From an archaeon (lineage in GTDB: Archaea > EX4484-52 > B79-G9), in assembly GCA_043813875.1 (NCBI GenBank), contig JBDRKP010000028.1, positions 1 through 22,777 on the forward strand: 22,777 bases of DNA. The letters are read 5' to 3'. Of the stretch, positions 17,658 to 22,777 are shown one piece after another (position 1 is the stretch's first letter; every line of letters starts with the position of its first letter). The position numbers and the translations under genes are program-made. The notes beneath the pieces are model-generated. The model was not told the origin of the DNA. It did not search any database and saw only the letters and a list, made by a program, of their open reading frames with translations.

Positions 17658-17831
17658 ATGTCAGTATTTAGATGTTGTGAATGTGGAAATACAATAGAAG
17701 AAGAGGCTCCGCCTGAAAAATGCGCATGCGGTGCAAAGTTCAGCTACGACGAAGTCTTCGATTACGACGATGACGACGACGACGACGAAAGCGAAGTCGA
17801 ACCAGAAAAAGAAGAAGAAGAAATAGTTTAA
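17658..17831 (+). CDS. Small rubredoxin-like zinc/iron-ribbon protein with acidic tail (57 aa; not in the ORF track)
   Basis: MSVFRCCECGNTIEEEAPPEKCACGAKFSYDEVFDYDDDDDDDESEVEPEKEEEEIV; AGGTGG SD; TATTTAAA upstream. Confidence 0.8.
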   Translation: MSVFRCCECGNTIEEEAPPEKCACGAKFSYDEVFDYDDDDDDDESEVEPEKEEEEIV

Positions 17832-17967
17832 ATTTTTAATTTTTTCATTGAGTATAAAGTATATGCCGACAATGAAAAAGCTTGAAATGCTCAAATAGCA
17901 TCGAAATTTCATGATTTTTGATTGTATTATTCATGATTTGATTACTGATTCTCTATATACACAATCA

Positions 17968-18288
17968 CTACATCCTGATCCCGCCATAAGAAAGAAGTTC
18001 ACCAAGTTGAGCAAGAATGACCCGATAAAACTCGCGCCCCTCATCAGTAAGGCCATATATCTTCCTTTCTCTTTCCCCCTCATAAGCAAGCCTGACAGCC
18101 ACATATCCCTTCTTCTGCATATTGTTGAGCAGCGGATAGATCTGTCCTGCGCTCAGCTTCTTCCCGGTGACCTTGAAGAAATCAGCCATAAGCTCATATC
18201 CATGCCGGGGAGACTTGTTCAGCGCAACCAGCACATAAAGCTTTGTCAGATTAGTCAGAAACGATTCTTCGGTTTTCATAAAAATCAC
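17968..18288 (-). CDS. PadR-family transcriptional regulator
   Basis: LYVLVALNKSPRHGYELM, SAGQIYPLL, RKIYGLTDEG; start overlaps the ATPase stop (alternative ATG at 18279). Confidence 0.9.
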   Translation of the reverse strand: MIFMKTEESFLTNLTKLYVLVALNKSPRHGYELMADFFKVTGKKLSAGQIYPLLNNMQKKGYVAVRLAYEGERERKIYGLTDEGREFYRVILAQLGELLSYGGIRM

Positions 18289-19640
18289 ATATCCTCCAGA
18301 TCAAATACCAAATAGCCCATTTCTCTTAACTTATCTTTATTCTCTATTTTCTTAGCAATCAGCCCGAAATACTCTCTCCTTTTTCCCGTATTCCAGTCAA
18401 CATAACTGCTTTTTCCAATAAGCTCATCCAATATCTTTTTTGCTTCATCATATTTCAGGCTCTTATATTTGCATTCAAAGAAGCCCATCTCATTTGTTTG
18501 TGCATTTAACGTGACGATATCTATCTCATACTGATTTTTCCCTGCTTCCGCTCCCTTTACTGTCCCCCACTGCCTCCCGATATTCTGGAAACTAAACGGC
18601 AGTGCGTCGCGCTTTTCAACCAAAAACTCACCGCATATTCTCTCAAAAACTCCTCCAAGATAATGACTATATCCTTTCCTGATTTCATCAGACGAAAAGA
18701 TGGCTTCCTCTAAAAAAGAAATATTCGGATTAATAAACCTGAACCAGAAATTCACAAAATTGTCCTTGATATAATACCGCCCTTTCCTAGACTTGGCATT
18801 ATCTATTAAAGGAGTACTCTTTTCAACAAGCTCCACCATAATCAGATTCTTAAGATAAGGTGTTATATCTGTTCCCTTGACACCGATATAGTTTTTAATC
18901 GACCCAAGCTTCGTATTTCCAAAAGCGATAGCCTCAAGTATTTTTTTATAAGTCCCGACATCTGAGAATTCATATTTCATAAGAAAATCTATTTCAGATT
19001 TAAAAAATGTATCAACCTTCTTTAATTCATCATCGAGCCACTTCCAGAACGGTACATCAACCTTCTCTAGATAATAAGGGATACCATCAGAAAAACCATA
19101 TATCTCTATACACTCGATAATTGTAGACTCAGGAAAAAAATCATCCAGTTCCCGAAATTTCAATGCCCTAAGCTTCAACTGGCCTGTTTTTCTTCCATAT
19201 AAAGGAGAATTATAACTCAGGACATAATTTTCCATCATCGATATGGAAGATCCGAGTAAGACCAGTTTTGTCCTTGTACCCTTCAATTGGACATCAACAA
19301 TCCTCTGGAACTCAGAAACAACCTTCGGATTCTCTTTGATGAGATTAGGAAATTCATCAATAATCACAATCTTATCCTTCAAAAAGCTAAAAATAGACTC
19401 TAAATCCTCCTTAGCATACTCCACACGCGGCTCAATCCTTTTGGCAACATCCTTCAGCTTTCTAAGATTATTCTCTTCAGTCGCAAGATAATAGACAAAC
19501 TCTTTATCTTTTACAGATGCAAGCACAAGCGTAGTCTTCCCGACCCTCCTGCGGCCATAGATCACGTAGAACTCAAGATTGGCGCTATCGAGTTTATCTT
19601 TAAGCGCCCGAAGTTCCCTTTTCCTGTTGATGAATTTCAT
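18285..19640 (-). CDS. Archaeal ATPase (ATPase_2/DUF234 type) with C-terminal PD-(D/E)XK-like domain
   Basis: MKFINRKREL, YGRRRVGKT, IIDEFP, LGSS, SPLYGR, GIPYYL, DNFVNFWFRF, EIDIV...FECKY. Confidence 0.92.
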   Translation of the reverse strand: MKFINRKRELRALKDKLDSANLEFYVIYGRRRVGKTTLVLASVKDKEFVYYLATEENNLRKLKDVAKRIEPRVEYAKEDLESIFSFLKDKIVIIDEFPNLIKENPKVVSEFQRIVDVQLKGTRTKLVLLGSSISMMENYVLSYNSPLYGRKTGQLKLRALKFRELDDFFPESTIIECIEIYGFSDGIPYYLEKVDVPFWKWLDDELKKVDTFFKSEIDFLMKYEFSDVGTYKKILEAIAFGNTKLGSIKNYIGVKGTDITPYLKNLIMVELVEKSTPLIDNAKSRKGRYYIKDNFVNFWFRFINPNISFLEEAIFSSDEIRKGYSHYLGGVFERICGEFLVEKRDALPFSFQNIGRQWGTVKGAEAGKNQYEIDIVTLNAQTNEMGFFECKYKSLKYDEAKKILDELIGKSSYVDWNTGKRREYFGLIAKKIENKDKLREMGYLVFDLEDM

Positions 19641-19861
19641 TTAAATCCCTTAGACTGCCAAATCAATCAAAACCCATATAATTCAGTAAATTAATATAAT
19701 TCTAATTATACTAATTTATATTATATTAAACTTATAAACATTTCGCCTGCATAAAGTTTTAGTTTTATCAGTCTCGAGAGGAGCGATTCCTCGGTCTTCA
19801 TATATCTCATTATATGCGCAACAGCTATATAAACATAGCGCAAACAAAGATATATCTAATA

Positions 19862-20366
19862 ATGACATCTAAAATCAAAAAAAGAAATTTGGGTAAAAAA
19901 ATAAATCCCTTAACTTAAAAGAAAATGCGAACGCCACAAAGAATATCTCCACATAAAAAACACAGACGCAAAAGACCTCCCATTCATAGACAACACATTC
20001 GACGGCATAACATCCATGTTCGTCCTCCAGTACACGGACGGCCCCGAAAAATATCTCAAAGAAAACTACCGCACCCTTAAAGTTGGCGGCATCTTCGCAT
20101 TGACAGGAAGGATAGACAGAGGCAGGATGGACCTGATCCTTGACTCATACGAGCAGTCGCTGATAAAAAAAGGAAAAATGAAAGAACTAAAAAAAGAATT
20201 CCATATATTCAAGGAAAAATTTCAGAAAAACGTCACCAAAGCCGTCATAAACAGCTACACATTTGATGACATAAAAGACATACTGGAGCACATCGGCTTC
20301 ACAGACATAAAAGAGCACAAGAATCCCTACTTCGGCCAGTGCTACTCGCTCACGGCACACAAATAA
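19862..20366 (+). pseudogene. Class I SAM-dependent methyltransferase fragment lacking its N-terminal half
   Basis: Frame open from about 19914: DAKDLPFIDNTFDGITSMFVLQY...YRTLKVGG; no GxGxG motif I; upstream TATA and ATG 19862 run into a stop in a different frame. Confidence 0.7.
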
Positions 20367-20422
20367 GTTATCAGCCAAAGACACAAAAGACAGTCTCAAG
20401 TTCCACTCAAGACAACAAAAAT

Positions 20423-21733
20423 CTATCCCCTTATCATCCTCATATGATCAATCCTCTTCTTGACAAGTTCCCTCGTCCCTATATCTGTCCGGTGCCTGAC
20501 AGCTCCCCTGACCTGCCTGCATCCTTCTTCGGCAATCTTTTCTGCCTCGTCAAGAGTATCCGCAATCCCGACAATCGCCAAAGCCCGCGACTTGCCCATC
20601 ACAAGTTTATCGTCATCCTCGTCAACAGACGCAAAATATATCTTCGCGCCAACCGAAACCCCCGACACATCAACGGTATCACCACTACGTGGATTATCCG
20701 GATACCCATCAGGCACAATATACTTGCACACAGTCGCCAACTTATCAAAAGACACAGGAAGCATAGAAAGCGTCCCATTGATTATAGCCAAAGAAATATC
20801 AACAAGATCAGTGCGAAGCACAGAAAGCACATTCATCGCCTCGGGATCACCAAGCCGCGCATTATACTCTATCAGCCTGACCCCGTCGCGCGTCGCCATG
20901 AACCCGCCATACATCACGCCCTTGTAATATCTGCCGTACTTCTTGTACATGGCATCATTCACAGCGACAGTGATTGCATGCGCATCAGAAAGATCTTTAG
21001 AAGTAACAAACGGCAATCCGCGAGATCCGCTATAAGACCCCATGCCCCCGGTATTCGAGCCCGTATCGCCTTCATAAGCCCTCTTATGATCCTGCACAGG
21101 CGGCAGGTCAACGACAGTCTTCCCGTCGACAAAAGACATCAGGCTGAACTCCTCGCCGACAAACTTCTCTTCAATCACGATCCTTCCGTGAGAACCGATG
21201 ACCTCCCTGCAATAAGCGAGCGCCTCATCCTTCGATTTAAAATGCTCACCCGACACCTTCACGCCCTTGCCCCCTGTAAGCCCGTCAGGCTTGAGCACAT
21301 ACCCGGTATCAGAAAGCTCATCAATGAACCCAGCAACGCCTTCCATTGTAGAAAAGCTCACAAACCGCGGCCCGCCGACAATCCCGTACTCAGCCATAAG
21401 CTCCCTGACAAACGACTTGCTCGACTCAAGCGCCGCAAGCTCCTTAATCGGTCCGACAGACGGCACCCCGACATCAAGAAGCGCATCAACGACACCGACA
21501 GAAAGCGGCAACTCAGGCGAGATAAAGGCGAAATCAGGCCCGACCTTCTTTGCAAACGCAACAATAGCCGAAACATCATCAAGCTTCCCGAGAGCATAAT
21601 CAGCAGCGATCTTCACAATCCCCGGATTCCGGGCGCTCATGAACGCAAAAATCTCCGGCTCATGCCTGCTCTCACTGAGTTTCTCGGCAATTATGTGCGC
21701 TCGTGCGCTGTTCCCGACAAGAAGAATCTTCAT
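20423..21733 (-). CDS. purD: Phosphoribosylamine-glycine ligase
   Basis: KILLVGNSARAH, NPGI, LESSKSF, KPDGLTGGKGV, QDHKRAYEGDTGSNTGGMGSYS, IEYNARLGDPEA, RTDIG. Confidence 0.96.
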   Translation of the reverse strand: MKILLVGNSARAHIIAEKLSESRHEPEIFAFMSARNPGIVKIAADYALGKLDDVSAIVAFAKKVGPDFAFISPELPLSVGVVDALLDVGVPSVGPIKELAALESSKSFVRELMAEYGIVGGPRFVSFSTMEGVAGFIDELSDTGYVLKPDGLTGGKGVKVSGEHFKSKDEALAYCREVIGSHGRIVIEEKFVGEEFSLMSFVDGKTVVDLPPVQDHKRAYEGDTGSNTGGMGSYSGSRGLPFVTSKDLSDAHAITVAVNDAMYKKYGRYYKGVMYGGFMATRDGVRLIEYNARLGDPEAMNVLSVLRTDLVDISLAIINGTLSMLPVSFDKLATVCKYIVPDGYPDNPRSGDTVDVSGVSVGAKIYFASVDEDDDKLVMGKSRALAIVGIADTLDEAEKIAEEGCRQVRGAVRHRTDIGTRELVKKRIDHMRMIRG

Positions 21734-21933
21734 TTTAAACGCCTCTAAATACTTACATATTAGCTATCTGCATGAAATTATATAAATTAATACGATGCAA
21801 TATCAATCCTTATTATGCGTTAAGCATACTGATTTATACCTAATGCGATTCCCCGCTTCAAGCAAAAAGCATTGCGCATTTGACGATACAGAACCAGAGA
21901 TAAACATATAATCTGTGGCATTCAAGTATATTC

Positions 21934-22362
21934 ATGGCAATGCAAAAATTCACAGGATTAGTTGGACTCGACGCACTTAAAAAAACTCTTAAAAAATACT
22001 CCGTTGGGGCTGTATACATTTTTGGAACCCAGATAAGCGGAAAGACAACTCCGTTAAGCGATATAGACATAGGCATAGTCTTCATGAATCAATCCGCGAA
22101 AGAAAAAGACCCTTCCGGCACCTATACAGCTCTTGAAGATGCATTAAAAAAATACTTCAATTCGCCGAAGGCAAGAATAGATATTGTATACCTTGGCGAA
22201 ACATCATTTTACTTCCAGATGAATACAATAAAATCCGGCACTATTCTATACAGCCATGGCAAAAAATTCAGGGAAGACTATGAAGACTACGTAATGATGC
22301 GCTATCTGGACTGGAAGTATGTAGAGGAAACATTCAACAGGGAAATGATGGAGGCGATATGA
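21934..22362 (+). CDS. mntA: Minimal nucleotidyltransferase (MntA-type antitoxin)
   Basis: YIFGTQISGKTTPLSDIDIGI (G[S/T]x10DxD), IDIVYL, GTILY; directly followed by a HEPN ORF. Confidence 0.88.
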   Translation: MAMQKFTGLVGLDALKKTLKKYSVGAVYIFGTQISGKTTPLSDIDIGIVFMNQSAKEKDPSGTYTALEDALKKYFNSPKARIDIVYLGETSFYFQMNTIKSGTILYSHGKKFREDYEDYVMMRYLDWKYVEETFNREMMEAI

Positions 22363-22557
22363 ATGCCCATAGACAAAAAAATAATACTTGATCGCATCGC
22401 CACGATAAGAGAAGACATTGTTCGCCTGAATAAAATGGCAGATCTCTCTCTGGAAGAATTTAAGAATAACACAGATAACTATGCGATCGCCGAGCATCAT
22501 TTGAGGCGCGCTTCCGAAAGCGTTCTTGACATCGGCAGGCGCTCGGCCCTTAAATAA
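22363..22557 (+). pseudogene. hepT: Truncated HepT/DUF86 HEPN toxin
   Basis: LSLEEF...AIAEHHLRRASESVLDIGR is the usual N-terminal half; ends at 64 aa with no Rx4HxY active site and no continuation recognised downstream. Confidence 0.8.
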
Positions 22558-22664
22558 CACTATTGACAAGTAATTATAAAAACATAACCTTTCAGCAGTC
22601 TATTTATAGTCAACTGAATTACTTTTGAGCAAAAAGATACCCAAAAACCAAATTCAATTGAGTA

Positions 22665-22762
22665 TCCTGAGCTATTTTGAAAACTTGTTTTTCAAAATAA
22701 GCAAGTTTTCAATTTCGCAAATAAACTTGCGAAATGCTCGGGAGCTTGCCACAAAGTGGCAA
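22665..22762. other. Multi-hairpin non-coding element
   Basis: Several perfect 7-11 bp inverted repeats, two of them inside a TCCTGAGC/GCTCGGGA closing stem. Confidence 0.55.
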
Positions 22763-22777
22763 AGATATGGGAATTCA

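Noticed and set aside
17661..17912. 83-aa minus-strand ORF with poly-Phe/Val, and the GAC run as a standalone microsatellite
   Set aside because: Both are explained by the Asp/Glu codons of the 57-aa plus-strand gene
20339..21748. 469-aa plus-strand ORF
   Set aside because: Antisense shadow of purD; low-complexity R/H/P composition and no motifs
1..22777. CRISPR array, rRNA, integron or intact transposase
   Set aside because: No regularly spaced repeats, rRNA-like sequence, canonical attC sites, integrase or transposase ORF seen

Overview
Archaeal chromosomal window. ABCE1, PAN, a DUF234-type ATPase, TATA-driven leaderless genes and a tRNA with no encoded CCA support this; a DPANN-like lineage is inferred, not shown. 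Left part: an operon of a P-loop kinase, an HhH-GPD glycosylase and an APC permease, then a Cys-cluster lipoprotein, ABCE1 and tRNA-Met(CAT). Middle (about 5.2-13.6 kb): a patchwork accessory region with an alpha-glucan phosphorylase, Dus, MgtC/SapB, HNH and SprT-like genes, small hypotheticals, a CxxC-x17-CxxC protein, hairpin-rich spacers and a candidate 139-bp MITE. Right part: a co-oriented cluster of MscS, PAN, an MscS-like membrane protein fused to a papain-fold Cys/His/Asp peptidase, and a small acidic rubredoxin-like protein. It is followed by PadR and an archaeal ATPase, a decayed methyltransferase, purD, and an MntA/HepT pair with a truncated toxin. The best candidate for an undescribed system is the MscS-peptidase fusion next to MscS and PAN. 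All family calls come from recognising motifs by eye; no searches were run.
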